Of a stretch of DNA of 64,000 bases, positions 47,804 to 58,819 are shown piece by piece (position 1 is the stretch's first letter; every line of letters begins with the position of its first letter). The stretch is from assembly GCA_033852075.1 (NCBI GenBank), contig JAWSVC010000014.1, forward strand, positions 113 to 64,112, in the 5' to 3' direction. Under the pieces are notes generated by a model that was not told the DNA's origin, ran no database searches, and saw only the letters and a program-made list of their open reading frames with translations. This DNA is from Gammaproteobacteria bacterium. GTDB taxonomy: Bacteria; Pseudomonadota; Gammaproteobacteria; QZLD01. Made by a program: the position numbers and the translations under genes.

Positions 47804-49474
47804 CTAATATTCAACTCTATTACGACCATTCTCTTTAGCCTTATAAAGCATACTATCGGCATTAGAAATACAGGCTCTGGAATTTTGTGAGCAGTTACAT
47901 GCGGCGCAGCCAATACTAATCGTTATGGTTATTTCATTGTCATCAATTATTACTGGTGTAGCTTCGATTTTAGACCTAACCCTTTCTGCAAAAAGTGCAG
48001 CCCCATCAATTGGGCAATCAGGAAGAATTACCACAAATTCTTCGCCACCATAGCGACAAACAACATCGGCAGATCGAGCCAAGTCACTGATTGTATCTGC
48101 AACCTGTTTAAGAGCAATGTTCCCAGCTTCGTGACCATGGGTGTCATTGAAATCTTTAAAATGATCGATATCGGCCATAACTAAACATATGGATTCATAT
48201 TTCTTGGTTCGACGATTATTTTTTTCCAGCATATTGGCTAGAGCATTTTGGAAATATCCAAAATTATATAATCCAGTTAAATAATCATGAGTGGCAATTT
48301 GTTGAAGTTTTTTTACCTTAATGTTTAAGCGTCGATTGAGGTCCTCAATTTGTTGTTTTTGATTTTCAATCTCTTCATACATTCGAGCATTTTCCATGGC
48401 AATTCCCAAATATGAAGCAACGGCTTCAAGCATTTCTCTATCGCTGAAGTTTAGAATTGTCGTCTTAGAGAGTGTTCCCATCCAGAAAACTCCGATTGCC
48501 TTTTCATTTTGTCTGATAGGGATAAATACAGTGCTTTTAATCTCTTTTATTTGATTGAGGGCATTGCGATCGTGTTCTGCCATCGGTAGGGAAATGACTT
48601 TATCTATATCTGGTATATAGATTAATGAATCATTTTCAAAGCAGGAGGACATGGCTCCGTCATTGGAAGATAAACTGCACAAATTATGGTTAGACCATAC
48701 CTTAAGTTGGGAAATCTTTTCTTCGTATTCGGGACTAAGTGTTTTCCAGTGTTGAGGTATCAGAAAACCGTTTTCGTTGGTGAAAATGCTTCCAAAATGG
48801 AAACCATAGTGGGTGATCAGTCCAGAAAGAACGGTTTCAAATAATTCTGTAAAGCAACTAATCCCTCCAATGCTGTTAATTAATCCTATTATTTGTTGAT
48901 GCTTATCTCCGGATTCCTCAATGTTGTCATTCTGACGCACAAATACCTCATATTTATAACAAGAGTATATGTACGGAGTTATTACCTCTAGCATATTGTT
49001 AATATTTTCAATTTGCTCATCAGAGAAAGAATTACTATGAGAGATTGCCTGGAATGTACCAATAGTGTCATCATTAAAAATAAGTGGGAACACAATAAAT
49101 TCAGTTATAGACCAAGCATCGAAAACGGTGCTTATATGGTCATCATAACGGCTTATATTGTCCTTATTTAGAAGTATGTGGTGTTTGCTTTTAATCGCCT
49201 CAATATCAGGAATATTTTTATTAACATCAATGTGATAGCCAAGAAGTGATCCCTCTAAGGCTTTGAGTTGATCTATTAAGTGAATTGATTCAACATTTAG
49301 ATATTCTTTATTGAAGTCTAAACAGTAGAATATACAGCTGTCGATATCAGTATTTTCGAATAAAAAAGATGCAGCAGAATCCAAACATTGTTTTAGATCA
49401 ATTTTTCCTGCAAGTAGCTGATAAATTTTCTTTTCTAAATCATTTATATTCATTTTTATAAAAATATTGTCCAT
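47804..49474 (-). CDS. GAF-domain diguanylate cyclase (556 aa, GGDEF).
   Basis: GGDEF motif RYGGEEF with upstream DHFKDFNDTHGHEAGN. N-terminal GAF-like regions. Confidence 0.8.
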   Translation of the reverse strand: MDNIFIKMNINDLEKKIYQLLAGKIDLKQCLDSAASFLFENTDIDSCIFYCLDFNKEYLNVESIHLIDQLKALEGSLLGYHIDVNKNIPDIEAIKSKHHILLNKDNISRYDDHISTVFDAWSITEFIVFPLIFNDDTIGTFQAISHSNSFSDEQIENINNMLEVITPYIYSCYKYEVFVRQNDNIEESGDKHQQIIGLINSIGGISCFTELFETVLSGLITHYGFHFGSIFTNENGFLIPQHWKTLSPEYEEKISQLKVWSNHNLCSLSSNDGAMSSCFENDSLIYIPDIDKVISLPMAEHDRNALNQIKEIKSTVFIPIRQNEKAIGVFWMGTLSKTTILNFSDREMLEAVASYLGIAMENARMYEEIENQKQQIEDLNRRLNIKVKKLQQIATHDYLTGLYNFGYFQNALANMLEKNNRRTKKYESICLVMADIDHFKDFNDTHGHEAGNIALKQVADTISDLARSADVVCRYGGEEFVVILPDCPIDGAALFAERVRSKIEATPVIIDDNEITITISIGCAACNCSQNSRACISNADSMLYKAKENGRNRVEY

Positions 49475-49715
49475 TAATTATTATTATATTTATAAGATAC
49501 AATAATGCCTGTTTTATTAAAAAAATCAAACTATAAGGTCACAAAATAAATTTTTGTAAGAACACCTAAAAAGGGAGTGGTAAAAAGCTAACAACGCTCT
49601 GAACTTGATAAAAACCAAATTAGTTAGTAAACGGTAATCAAGGCATTTGAATTTTTGTGTTAACTATGAAATATTCAGCGTCAGTAAAAATGATTATGTA
49701 ATCTAAGGAGTAAAG

Positions 49716-51113
49716 ATGGGCTACATACAGTTACAGCAGATCGTAAAAGAAAGCGTAAAAGTAGGCGATCAGATTTCTGTGCAGGGTTGGGTAAGAACCA
49801 GAAGAGATTCCAAGGCAGGACTTTCTTTTATAGCTCTGCATGATGGCTCATGTTTTGATACCGTGCAGATAATTGCGCTGGATACTCTGGAAAATTATGA
49901 AGAGATTAAACGTCTGACAGCAGGTTGCTCAATTCAGATTCATGGAGTTATTAAAGAATCAGAAGGAGGGGGGCAGAAGTACGAAATTCATGCAGATAAC
50001 ATCGAAGTAATCGGATGGGTGGAAAATCCGGATACATACCCAGTATCCGCTAAACGTCATACCCTTGAATACTTGCGTGAATATGCCCACTTGCGTCCAA
50101 GAACCAATGTTATCGGCGCAGTTACCAGAATAAGGCATTGTCTATCACAGGCAATCCACAATTTTTTCCACGAAAACGGTTTCTACTGGATTCATACCCC
50201 AATCGTTACCGCCAGTGACTGTGAAGGGGCTGGGGAGATGTTTCGCGTAAGTACGTTGGATATGAATAATTTACCACGAACTGAAGCTGATCATGTTGAT
50301 TATAGTCAGGATTTTTTTGGCAAAGAATCATTTCTAACAGTATCAGGTCAGCTAAATGTTGAAACCTACTGTTGTGCAATGTCCAAGGTCTATACCTTTG
50401 GCCCAACCTTTAGAGCTGAAAATTCTAATACCAGTCGTCACCTGTCAGAATTCTGGATGATAGAGCCTGAAGTGGCGTTTGCCGATCTGAACCATGTAGC
50501 AAAATTAGCAGAGCAGATGCTTAAATACATAGTCAAAAGAGTGCTTGATGAGCGTAGAGACGACATGGAGTTCTTTGCTCAACGTATAGATAAAGAAGCA
50601 ATAACCAGATTGGAAAAATTACTGAATTCCGAATTTATTGAGATCAACTATTGTCAGGCGATTGATATTCTTGAACAGTCAGGAGAAAAATTTGAATTTC
50701 CGGTTAAATGGGGAATCGATCTGCAATCGGAGCATGAACGATACTTATGTGAAAAACACTTTGATGCACCGGTCATCATTAAAAACTATCCCCGTGATAT
50801 AAAGGCTTTCTATATGCGCCAGAATGATGATGGCAAAACCGTAGCTGCAATGGATGTAATTGCACCAGGAATTGGAGAAATCATAGGTGGTAGTCAGCGC
50901 GAAGAAAGATTAGATAAATTTGATGCCAGACTTGATGAAATGGGGCTGAGTAAAGAAGATTATTGGTGGTATCGTGATTTACGTAGGTATGGAACAGTAC
51001 CGCATGCAGGGTTTGGATTGGGGTTTGAGAGGCTCATTTCATATGTGACCGGAATGAAGAATGTTAGAGATGTTATTCCATTTCCTAGAACCCCAGGCCA
51101 CGCGCAATTCTAA
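49716..51113 (+). CDS. asnS: Asparagine--tRNA ligase (465 aa).
   Basis: Near-collinear identity with E. coli AsnS ([15 protein letters not shown]..., [43 protein letters not shown]). The RBS AAGGAG lies 8 nt upstream. Confidence 0.95.
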   Translation: MGYIQLQQIVKESVKVGDQISVQGWVRTRRDSKAGLSFIALHDGSCFDTVQIIALDTLENYEEIKRLTAGCSIQIHGVIKESEGGGQKYEIHADNIEVIGWVENPDTYPVSAKRHTLEYLREYAHLRPRTNVIGAVTRIRHCLSQAIHNFFHENGFYWIHTPIVTASDCEGAGEMFRVSTLDMNNLPRTEADHVDYSQDFFGKESFLTVSGQLNVETYCCAMSKVYTFGPTFRAENSNTSRHLSEFWMIEPEVAFADLNHVAKLAEQMLKYIVKRVLDERRDDMEFFAQRIDKEAITRLEKLLNSEFIEINYCQAIDILEQSGEKFEFPVKWGIDLQSEHERYLCEKHFDAPVIIKNYPRDIKAFYMRQNDDGKTVAAMDVIAPGIGEIIGGSQREERLDKFDARLDEMGLSKEDYWWYRDLRRYGTVPHAGFGLGFERLISYVTGMKNVRDVIPFPRTPGHAQF

Positions 51114-51137
51114 AAAAACTATTACGCTCACTTATGC

Positions 51138-51206
51138 TGTGTTAAAAAGTGCATTAAAACTGCTCACATACCTGTATGTATGCTCCGCGTATTTAAAGCA
51201 CTTTTT
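51138..51206 (+). terminator. Nested stem-loop downstream of asnS. The outer stem is AAAAAGTGC...GCACTTTTT and the inner palindrome is ACATAC-ct-GTATGT. Possible terminator or structured element.
   Basis: Nine-bp outer inverted repeat separated by 51 nt containing a 6-bp palindrome. A T-run lies at the 3' side. Confidence 0.3.
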
Positions 51207-51273
51207 GCCTTGCCTAAGTTTCGCTCATAACGTTTTTTTCATTCGTATTTATTATCTAAATATGGCGTCATTG

Positions 51274-51340
51274 CTCCAGGCTTTTTTCGTCACATATTTT
51301 ATATATGCTTCCTCGCAAGGCTTCGATATGCCTTGTCTTT
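51274..51340. repeat. Copy B of the approximately 68-bp repeat element (see 47680-47747).
   Basis: See copy A. Confidence 0.65.
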
Positions 51341-51427
51341 AAGTAAATATTTTGCAAATCGCGCCTCGATCTTGGAAAAATATACTTAGAATTCTTTTAA
51401 AAATATCGATTGGAACATTCCCACTCG

Positions 51428-51561
51428 TTCCCAACGTCCCCGTTGGGAATGCATACACTCTAGAAAATAAGCGCTCCCAAACTGGAGTTTGGGAGCGAGG
51501 AAGAAATCTTGAAATTGAAGCAAATCAAAAAAATTACGTCATTCCCAACTCGATTGGGAAT
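51428..51561. repeat. Cluster of three REP-like palindromes sharing a TCCCAA...TTGGGA core. They are TTCCCAACG-tcc-CCGTTGGGAA (51428-51449), CGCTCCCAAACT-gg-AGTTTGGGAGCG (51472-51497) and ATTCCCAA-ctcga-TTGGGAAT (51541-51561).
   Basis: Read directly from the sequence. They lie in a 750-bp noncoding tract between asnS and the next gene. The overlapping 86-aa ORF (51352-51612) is judged spurious. Confidence 0.55.
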
Positions 51562-51867
51562 CTCGAAATGCTTGCACTAAACCCCCAGAATGAACGGGAT
51601 TTTGAGTTTTAAATACTTTTCACCCCTTAATAACATTACCCAATAACGCTTTGCAGCAAATAGCAACATTTTCCCCGGACAGTAGTGGGCTTGACCGGGC
51701 AATCCAGAAATCTTTTGGTATTTTAGTGTAATACAAGCATCATAAATCGGTGTTATTCTAATAAAAGATTGGATAAGTCGTTGATAATTTAATAAACTAT
51801 GCGCGGACCATTATGAATGGACGGCGTAATTTAAAGAAAATACGCTATTTACTCACGGGGAATCAAA

Positions 51868-54465
51868 ATGAAAAAATTAGTACTTGCCTCATTATTAAGT
51901 GCAAGCTTATCTACTGCGGTTGCTGCACCGTTTGTTTCAACAGGAAATGATGTTTCATCAGTTGCAGGGATTGATGCATCTCAATATGAAAGTTTTGATG
52001 ATATTGTTATGCAATATATGGAATACCAAGAAGCCACTAGTGGTACCGTCGGTGTTGTAAAAGACGGGCGTTTGGTATTAGCGCGTAGCTACGGTATAGC
52101 AAAACAAGCAGAAAATCTGCAAACCCATCCGGATAATATTTTTCGCGTTGCTAGCTTAGGTAAAACACTATCAGCAATTGCCATAACCAAATTAGCGCAA
52201 GACGGTTTATTGGACTTAGATGGCCAGGTATTTGGAGCCGGTGGGATTTTAGAGAACGTTGTTATTCCAGACGGAGGGAGCTTTGATAACAGTGGTTATG
52301 ATAGTGTTATCAAAGAACAAGCTCTTTACGAAGACATTACAGTTCGTGACATTCTTCAACACAGATCAGGTATGTCACATAGCTATGATCCTATGTTTGA
52401 TCACAATCGTATCCGTGCAGAGTTAGGATTGGATCATCCGCCAAGTTGTAATGAGATGGCGAACTACTATACAGGGCGTTATCCGCTAAATGCAGTGTCT
52501 GGACGTACGAGTGCCTATTCCAATATTGGTTATTGTGTTGCACATTTAATTGTCGAAGAAGTTAGTGGTCAAGCTTACGATACCTATTTACAGGAAAATA
52601 TTTTTCAGGAGAACTCTGTAGCTGCGCTAAGTCGTTCACTACCAGAGGATCGCGTTGACCATGAAGTGGATTATATCAGTACTTATAGTACCAAGTCAGT
52701 TTTCGATCCTAGTGTTTATGTGCCAGTAGCCGATGGAGGCTTTTATTCTGAAGGTGGTGGCGGTATGGCGACATCCGCAAAAGATTTTTTACACCTTATT
52801 GCAACTATTCTTGGTCCGGTAAATGATCAATCGTTATTGACAGATGCTTCTGTAGCGGAACTGTTAAGTGTCCCAGAGCAAAGTAAAAAAGAGGATGGGT
52901 GTTTTGATATTGAAGCGACTAACGACGAACATGTTGCTGCAGGCCGTGCTACTTTTGAAACTGTGCAAGAATGCACCGGTTACTGGTTCTGGCAAACATG
53001 CACAGATGTGAATACTTATGTCGCAAAAGGCTCAAACGATGACCTTGGTTCCAGTGGGTCAACATTAACAACATTAAATACCACAGATTCTGGAAGCTCG
53101 TTTAACGATAGCGCATGCCCTGTTGTTAACCCGTATCAATGGAGTGGTTTGGGTGTTGGTGTTGCTAGAAACGATGATAATGATGAGAAAGTTGTTTGGA
53201 ACATTGGTGGTGTTCCTGGCACGCAAGCGCAGTTTGTACGTTGGATTGAAGACGATTTGATGTGGTTCATGGCGTTTAATATTGAAACACGCTTTGATAC
53301 TGATGATTGTAGACTTGAAAATGGCGGTAGTTTTAATGGAGATACATTCCTGGGTACTGATTTTGATAATGATGCAGATCATTCTTGGATATGCCATCAA
53401 GACCCTATGATGCAAAAGGCTCGTCGTCAAATCGATGTAACTAACTATCCAACATATGATCTTTTTGATAAAGATATCAATGCGCAAGCACCGGGAATTG
53501 AGTTTTCCACTATTACAAATGGTAATTGTGACAACATAGTTGGCCAGGTAACAGATGATCGTTGGGTAAAACAGCTAGAGATTTTTGTATCTGGACAATG
53601 GGAACCGGTGCATTTAGAACTTAGCCAATTTACAACAGAGCAATGTGTTGATCAGGGTGATAGCACGGTTTATCTACGTGCTACAGATGATCATGGCTTG
53701 CAAACAGAGGTTCAGGTCTATACTGGCCCGATAGATTACAGGCCTGTTGTAACTATTGATAATACATCTACAAATGTTGATTGTATCTATCTTGAAGGAA
53801 CTGCCAGCGATGACGATACATTGGTTAGTGTAGAGTATGTGCTGGATGGAGTTACCTATCCGGTAGATAGTTTGATAGGAGATCAATGGACTGCTAGTCA
53901 ATGTGGTTTGTCGGATAGAAACTATCCGGTTAGTGCACGTGCAACTGATAATGCGGAACAAAGCTCAGAAACAGAAACGCAGGTTGTTAGGCTATCAAAT
54001 CAAGGTCCGGATGTCTTAGAATTCAATGTAGTTGTTGATGGTGACTGTATTAACGTGAGTGGCAGTATGTATGACGTTAATGGTATTGCCAAGGTTCAGG
54101 TAGCGATTGATGGTAATTATCAGAATGCAGTAAAAAATGCTAATTTATTCGAATACGAAGAATGTGGCTTTGGTGTTGGTACATATGGAACCAGTGTAAA
54201 GGTTACTGATTATGCTAATGATGAGAATGAAGTATATGGTCCAAACGCCGTAGTTGAAACTGTAACACCGGTATGTGTAACTGCAGATAACCTTGCTCAT
54301 ATTAGTGAAGGTAGAGCTGTAGCCTGCACCATTTATTATTCACCTCATGCTTGTGCAGAAGGTTCTGGTACGGATTTAGGCTTCGCTGCTAGTTACTATA
54401 GTCAAACTTCAACATTACTAGAAACCTCTCCTGGGTATTGGGAAAAGGTTAGTAGCTGTCCTTAA
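51868..54465 (+). CDS. Secreted serine hydrolase of the beta-lactamase/PBP4-esterase family with a large C-terminal extension containing repeated Ig-like modules (865 aa).
   Basis: Signal peptide. SxxK motif (FRVASLGKTL) and YxN motif (YSNIGY). The C-terminal about 450 aa has three similar modules, each with paired Cys (DCI...ECG / QCG). Confidence 0.7.
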   Translation: MKKLVLASLLSASLSTAVAAPFVSTGNDVSSVAGIDASQYESFDDIVMQYMEYQEATSGTVGVVKDGRLVLARSYGIAKQAENLQTHPDNIFRVASLGKTLSAIAITKLAQDGLLDLDGQVFGAGGILENVVIPDGGSFDNSGYDSVIKEQALYEDITVRDILQHRSGMSHSYDPMFDHNRIRAELGLDHPPSCNEMANYYTGRYPLNAVSGRTSAYSNIGYCVAHLIVEEVSGQAYDTYLQENIFQENSVAALSRSLPEDRVDHEVDYISTYSTKSVFDPSVYVPVADGGFYSEGGGGMATSAKDFLHLIATILGPVNDQSLLTDASVAELLSVPEQSKKEDGCFDIEATNDEHVAAGRATFETVQECTGYWFWQTCTDVNTYVAKGSNDDLGSSGSTLTTLNTTDSGSSFNDSACPVVNPYQWSGLGVGVARNDDNDEKVVWNIGGVPGTQAQFVRWIEDDLMWFMAFNIETRFDTDDCRLENGGSFNGDTFLGTDFDNDADHSWICHQDPMMQKARRQIDVTNYPTYDLFDKDINAQAPGIEFSTITNGNCDNIVGQVTDDRWVKQLEIFVSGQWEPVHLELSQFTTEQCVDQGDSTVYLRATDDHGLQTEVQVYTGPIDYRPVVTIDNTSTNVDCIYLEGTASDDDTLVSVEYVLDGVTYPVDSLIGDQWTASQCGLSDRNYPVSARATDNAEQSSETETQVVRLSNQGPDVLEFNVVVDGDCINVSGSMYDVNGIAKVQVAIDGNYQNAVKNANLFEYEECGFGVGTYGTSVKVTDYANDENEVYGPNAVVETVTPVCVTADNLAHISEGRAVACTIYYSPHACAEGSGTDLGFAASYYSQTSTLLETSPGYWEKVSSCP

Positions 54466-54486
54466 TTAGTTTTTGTTATAAATTAA

Positions 54487-54518
54487 AAAGCCTCGACCTT
54501 TGGTTGGGGCTTTTTTTT
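54487..54518 (+). terminator. GC-rich hairpin followed by T8 (…GGTTGGGGCTTTTTTTTG).
   Basis: About 20 nt after the hydrolase stop codon. Confidence 0.55.
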
Positions 54519-54669
54519 GCCCAAAAATAGCGCGCTTCCCCAAAGCTAAAATCTATATGCCCCAAGAAAGAACGTGCCATAATATTATGGTGCACTAGCT
54601 GCGCCAAGTTTGGGCGTTGGCTTTGATTTTGTTGTTTGTAAGTTGTTGTTTTATATGTAATCCCTGTTT

Positions 54670-54685
54670 TGGCACACTTTCTGCT
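54670..54685 (+). promoter_or_regulatory. Sigma-54 (-24/-12) promoter candidate TGGCAC-actttc-TGCT for glnK-amtB. A near-palindromic NtrC-like site GTGCCATAATATTATGGTGCAC lies at 54571-54592.
   Basis: GG and GC dinucleotides are at the canonical 10-bp spacing, about 83 nt upstream of the glnK ATG. The upstream 14-bp perfect palindrome CCATAATATTATGG is flanked by TGGTGCA-type half sites. Confidence 0.5.
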
Positions 54686-54707
54686 CTATAAGCACCAATA
54701 CAAATAG

Positions 54708-55106
<399 letters not shown>

Positions 55107-55146
55107 CTGAATTATATATAAAGCAAGAAAATTGAAGGATATACAA

Positions 55147-56439
55147 ATGAAACGATTGTTACGTCTAGTACCGTTACTATTAACTGCAGTGCCGAGTATC
55201 GCTTTGGCTGCTGATGAGCTAAGTTCAGGTGATACCGCCTGGATTATTACCGCATGTGCGTTGGTTCTATTTATGACCATTCCTGGTCTTTCTCTATTTT
55301 ATGCAGGTATGGCGCGCGCTAAAAATGCCTTGTCAATTATGATGCAGTGTTTAACGATTACAGGCATCGCAACTATTTTATGGGTTATTTGTGTATACAG
55401 TATTGCCTTTGGTGATGGCGGTAGTGCTAATGCTTTCTGGGGTGGTCTTGATAATTTGTTTTTAAAGAATTTGAGTGTTGATGCACTTTCCGGTTCTATT
55501 CCTGAAAGTGTATTTTCAATGTTTCAGCTTACCTTTGCAATTATTACTCCTTCACTGATTATTGGTGCCTTTGCTGAACGTATTAAATTCTCAGCGATGC
55601 TTCTTTTTGTAACAGTATGGATCCTATTGGTTTATGGGCCTGTATGTCACTGGGTATGGGGCGGTGGCTTCCTTGGTGATCATGGTGTTATCGATTTTGC
55701 TGGTGGTACTGTTGTTCATATTAATGCAGGTATCGCTGGTCTGGTTGCAGCTATTGTAATCGGTAAACGTAAAGGTTATCCAAACACAGCAATGCCTCCA
55801 CACAGCCTGGTACTTACCTGTGTTGGTACTGGTATGCTTTGGGTAGGTTGGTTTGGTTTTAATGCTGGTAGTGCTCTTGCTGCTGATGGTGCTGCGGGTA
55901 TGGCAATGTTTACTACTCAAATTGCAACAGCAACAGCAGCTATTACCTGGTTGGTGATTGAATGGGTTCTACACAAAAAACCTAGTGCTTTGGGCGCGGC
56001 TTCTGGTGCAATTGCTGGTCTGGTTGCTATTACTCCAGCTTGCGGAAACGTAGGTCCAGCTGGTGCGATGATTATGGGCTTTATTTCAGCTATCGGTTGT
56101 TTTCTTGGTGCTACCAAAATCAAACACTATTTTGGTTATGATGATTCTTTGGATGCGTTTGGTGTTCATGGTATTGGTGGAACCATTGGTGCAATTCTAG
56201 CTGGTGTTTTTTGTGCTCCAGAATTGGGTGGCCTTGGTTTTGGTGGAGAAAACACAGGGATAGGTCAGCAACTTTATGCGCAGATTATAGGTGTTGTTGT
56301 GACTTATGCTTATTCCGGCATATTAAGTTATATCCTGTTAAAGATTATCGACAAGGTTATTGGACTTCGTGTTAGCCTTGAAGAAGAAACCGAAGGTCTT
56401 GATATTGCGAGCCATGGTGAAAAGGGATATAACCTATAA
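55147..56439 (+). CDS. amtB: Ammonium transporter AmtB (signal peptide plus 11 TM helices).
   Basis: Conserved Amt motifs (DFAGGTVVHINAG, GFNAGSA, HGIGGTIGAIL). Immediately downstream of glnK. The ATG at 55147 follows SD GAAGGA. Confidence 0.9.
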   Translation: MKRLLRLVPLLLTAVPSIALAADELSSGDTAWIITACALVLFMTIPGLSLFYAGMARAKNALSIMMQCLTITGIATILWVICVYSIAFGDGGSANAFWGGLDNLFLKNLSVDALSGSIPESVFSMFQLTFAIITPSLIIGAFAERIKFSAMLLFVTVWILLVYGPVCHWVWGGGFLGDHGVIDFAGGTVVHINAGIAGLVAAIVIGKRKGYPNTAMPPHSLVLTCVGTGMLWVGWFGFNAGSALAADGAAGMAMFTTQIATATAAITWLVIEWVLHKKPSALGAASGAIAGLVAITPACGNVGPAGAMIMGFISAIGCFLGATKIKHYFGYDDSLDAFGVHGIGGTIGAILAGVFCAPELGGLGFGGENTGIGQQLYAQIIGVVVTYAYSGILSYILLKIIDKVIGLRVSLEEETEGLDIASHGEKGYNL

Positions 56440-56461
56440 ACTAAAAATATAGTTAAATTTA

Positions 56462-56497
56462 AAAGGCATCTTTCGAAGGTGCCTTTTTATTTTTTGG
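56462..56497 (+). terminator. Hairpin AAAGGCATC-tttcgaa-GGTGCCTTT followed by a TTATTTTTTGG U-tract.
   Basis: About 20 nt after the amtB stop codon. Confidence 0.6.
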
Positions 56498-56711
56498 TAT
56501 TAATTAATGTGACAATTTACACAATCTTGTCATGTACTATTACTTAAAAGTGACAAAAATCGTAACTAGTGCTTTAGCAGCCGTGATAATTGGTAACCAT
56601 GACCGGACAAACGGCAAAATTTCTAGTAACGTTATTGGCATGTATATTGATTATTTATTAACCACTAAGGTGTGTTTTTCAGATGATAACTACTAAAGTG
56701 GGGTTAAGAAT

Positions 56712-57161
56712 ATGAATAACAGTGATAACAGCGTACAAAATAGAGATCAAAAAAAACTAGAGGCTGATTACCATCAGGCCTGCTGTTATCAATATGGGAT
56801 TGATGGCAATGTAGATTACGATAAAGCATTTTTCTATTATCGCAAATGCGCTATGCGTGGTTATGCTCCTGCACAAAACGCTTTAGGTTTTATGTATCTT
56901 TCCGGTGAAGGGATAAATAAAGACGATTCTTTGGCATTTAAATGGTTAAGATCTGCGGCAGATCAGGATTATGCGCCTGCTTTATTAAATATCAGCTATT
57001 TATATATAGATGGGATTGGAACAGAAATAGATGTACAAAAAGGACTCAACTGCATCTATTCAGCTGCGAAAAAAGGGTGTGATGATGCAAGATTTACTCT
57101 TGAAAGCAGAATAGCTGAGTGTATGGATATAGATGTAGCTTCAATTTTTGGAGTTAAATAA
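56712..57161 (+). CDS. Sel1-repeat protein (149 aa), apparently cytoplasmic.
   Basis: Tandem Sel1 motifs (GYAPAQNALGFMYLSGEGINKDDSLAFKWLRSAADQDYAPA...). Confidence 0.7.
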   Translation: MNNSDNSVQNRDQKKLEADYHQACCYQYGIDGNVDYDKAFFYYRKCAMRGYAPAQNALGFMYLSGEGINKDDSLAFKWLRSAADQDYAPALLNISYLYIDGIGTEIDVQKGLNCIYSAAKKGCDDARFTLESRIAECMDIDVASIFGVK

Positions 57162-57309
57162 TAAGAGTTAATTCACTGGAATAAGCTTGGTAGATTATTA
57201 TATAATTCCTGACCATAATTCATTTCTATGAATAAGTAGTAATGTTTTTACATTGATCTGTCATATTTACAGATTATCAAAGTTTAAATTATTGTTTGCA
57301 GGCTAGTTA

Positions 57310-58059
57310 ATGCTTGATTTATATATTAAAGATTGGTCGGTATGGATTCCAGGGCTTGAATCAGAATCTGATTTGACATTATGGGCTAATGGGGAAAAAA
57401 CTATCGATGATGACGGTTCTGCTCCTAAGGTTGCTTTAGTGCCTCCAGCTATGCGTCGTAGATTGGGGCGTCTTGGTAAAATTTCCCTAAATGTTGCTGG
57501 TGAACTTATCGAAAGAAATGGTTATATGCCATCAATTTTTTGTTCAAGACATGGTGAGATCCAAACGACTATACAAATGTTAAAAGATTTGATTTGGAAT
57601 AATGATATATCACCAACCAAATTCAGTCTTTCTGTACATAACGCCATAAGTGGTATTTTTACTATTGCTAACAAGGATGACTTGTCAACAACTGCAATAA
57701 CAGCAGCTCAACAAGATTTAATTAACTGTTTTTACGAAGCATACGGACAGCTTAAAACAGGTGAATGTAGCCAGGTTTTATGTGTTATATATGATGAGCC
57801 AATTCCAGAAGAATATCAGCGATATTGTCCGTTACCGCCATATTCATATGCTGTAGGTTTTGTTTTTAGTCTTGAGGATGGAATTAAGTGCTCTTTTTCA
57901 CAACCGCAAGCATGTGATGAAACTGATAACAAAGCTGATACTGGAGTATTAGCGCTAGAGTTTATTAAATCCATCTTTTTAAAAAAGGATGTTGCAAAGT
58001 TAACTTTTGATAATTATCAAGGTAAACGAGTTTGGATGATTGGCCTTGAAAACTATTAA
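57310..58059 (+). CDS. Beta-ketoacyl-synthase-related small protein (249 aa). It is the first gene of the APE-type cluster and may be a KS-like/chain-length-factor-like accessory protein.
   Basis: Position and size match the leading small KS-like gene of aryl-polyene clusters. Its own sequence motifs are weak. It overlaps the next gene by 20 nt. Confidence 0.4.
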   Translation: MLDLYIKDWSVWIPGLESESDLTLWANGEKTIDDDGSAPKVALVPPAMRRRLGRLGKISLNVAGELIERNGYMPSIFCSRHGEIQTTIQMLKDLIWNNDISPTKFSLSVHNAISGIFTIANKDDLSTTAITAAQQDLINCFYEAYGQLKTGECSQVLCVIYDEPIPEEYQRYCPLPPYSYAVGFVFSLEDGIKCSFSQPQACDETDNKADTGVLALEFIKSIFLKKDVAKLTFDNYQGKRVWMIGLENY

Positions 58060-58819
58060 TTTTTATTGGCGTTTGTTTGCTACTGCATTTTGTTTTTTTG
58101 TTTTTGGAGTGGGTGGAGTCTTAATTGCTCTGGTTGTTGCACCACTGATTATATTAGTGTTTAGGAATAAAGAAACGAGGCATATTAAAGGGAAGCTTTT
58201 TATTCATTATAGCTTTCGATTATTTATCGAATTAATGCGGTTTGTTGGTGTCCTTTCATACACAGTTGAAGGTGTGGAAAAGTTTAAAGAACCTGGGCAG
58301 CTGTTTTTGGCTAATCATCCATCTCTTATTGATGTAGTGTTTATGATTGCATTTATTCCTAAAACTGACTGTGTAGTTAAAGATAAACTAATTAAAAACC
58401 CATTTACCTATGGCCCAGTCAAGGCTGCCGGATATATAATGAATGCCGATCCAGATAAGGTATTACAAAAATCAATTGAATCAATTAAATCTGGAAATTC
58501 ACTTATTATCTTTCCAGAAGGTACTCGTACAACTCCAGGAGAGACAATAAAGTTTAAAAGAGGTGCTGCAAATGTTGCTCTTCGGGGATGTGTAGATATT
58601 ACGCCAGTGGTAATAGGCTGCGTTCCAACTACTTTAACCAAGTCTGATAAGTGGTATCATATACCGTCGAAAAAGCTTCATTTTACGATGGTGGCTAGAG
58701 AGAAAATTAGTATTGCGAGATTCATGGAAGAAAAAAGCACAAATATTGCTGCTCGTTCCCTGACTAAATCGCTAGAAGATTATTTTAAACAGGAGATTAG
58801 TAACTTATGTCTGAATTAG
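58040..58819 (+). CDS. PlsC-family (lysophospholipid) acyltransferase (259 aa).
   Basis: HX4D motif NHPSLIDV. PEGTRT motif (FPEGTRTTPGE). N-terminal TM. Confidence 0.7.
   Translation: MALKTINFYWRLFATAFCFFVFGVGGVLIALVVAPLIILVFRNKETRHIKGKLFIHYSFRLFIELMRFVGVLSYTVEGVEKFKEPGQLFLANHPSLIDVVFMIAFIPKTDCVVKDKLIKNPFTYGPVKAAGYIMNADPDKVLQKSIESIKSGNSLIIFPEGTRTTPGETIKFKRGAANVALRGCVDITPVVIGCVPTTLTKSDKWYHIPSKKLHFTMVAREKISIARFMEEKSTNIAARSLTKSLEDYFKQEISNLCLN

Noticed and set aside
51428-51561. Possible CRISPR array (repeated palindromic units).
   Set aside because: There are only three units, the spacing is irregular, the units differ in length and are each fully palindromic, and no cas genes are present. It is REP/BIME-like instead.
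51352-51612. An 86-aa ORF spanning the three REP-like palindromes.
   Set aside because: The reading frame is forced through palindromic repeats (it encodes mirror peptides such as FPLVPNVPVGN). It has no RBS and lies in a structured noncoding tract, so it is almost certainly spurious.
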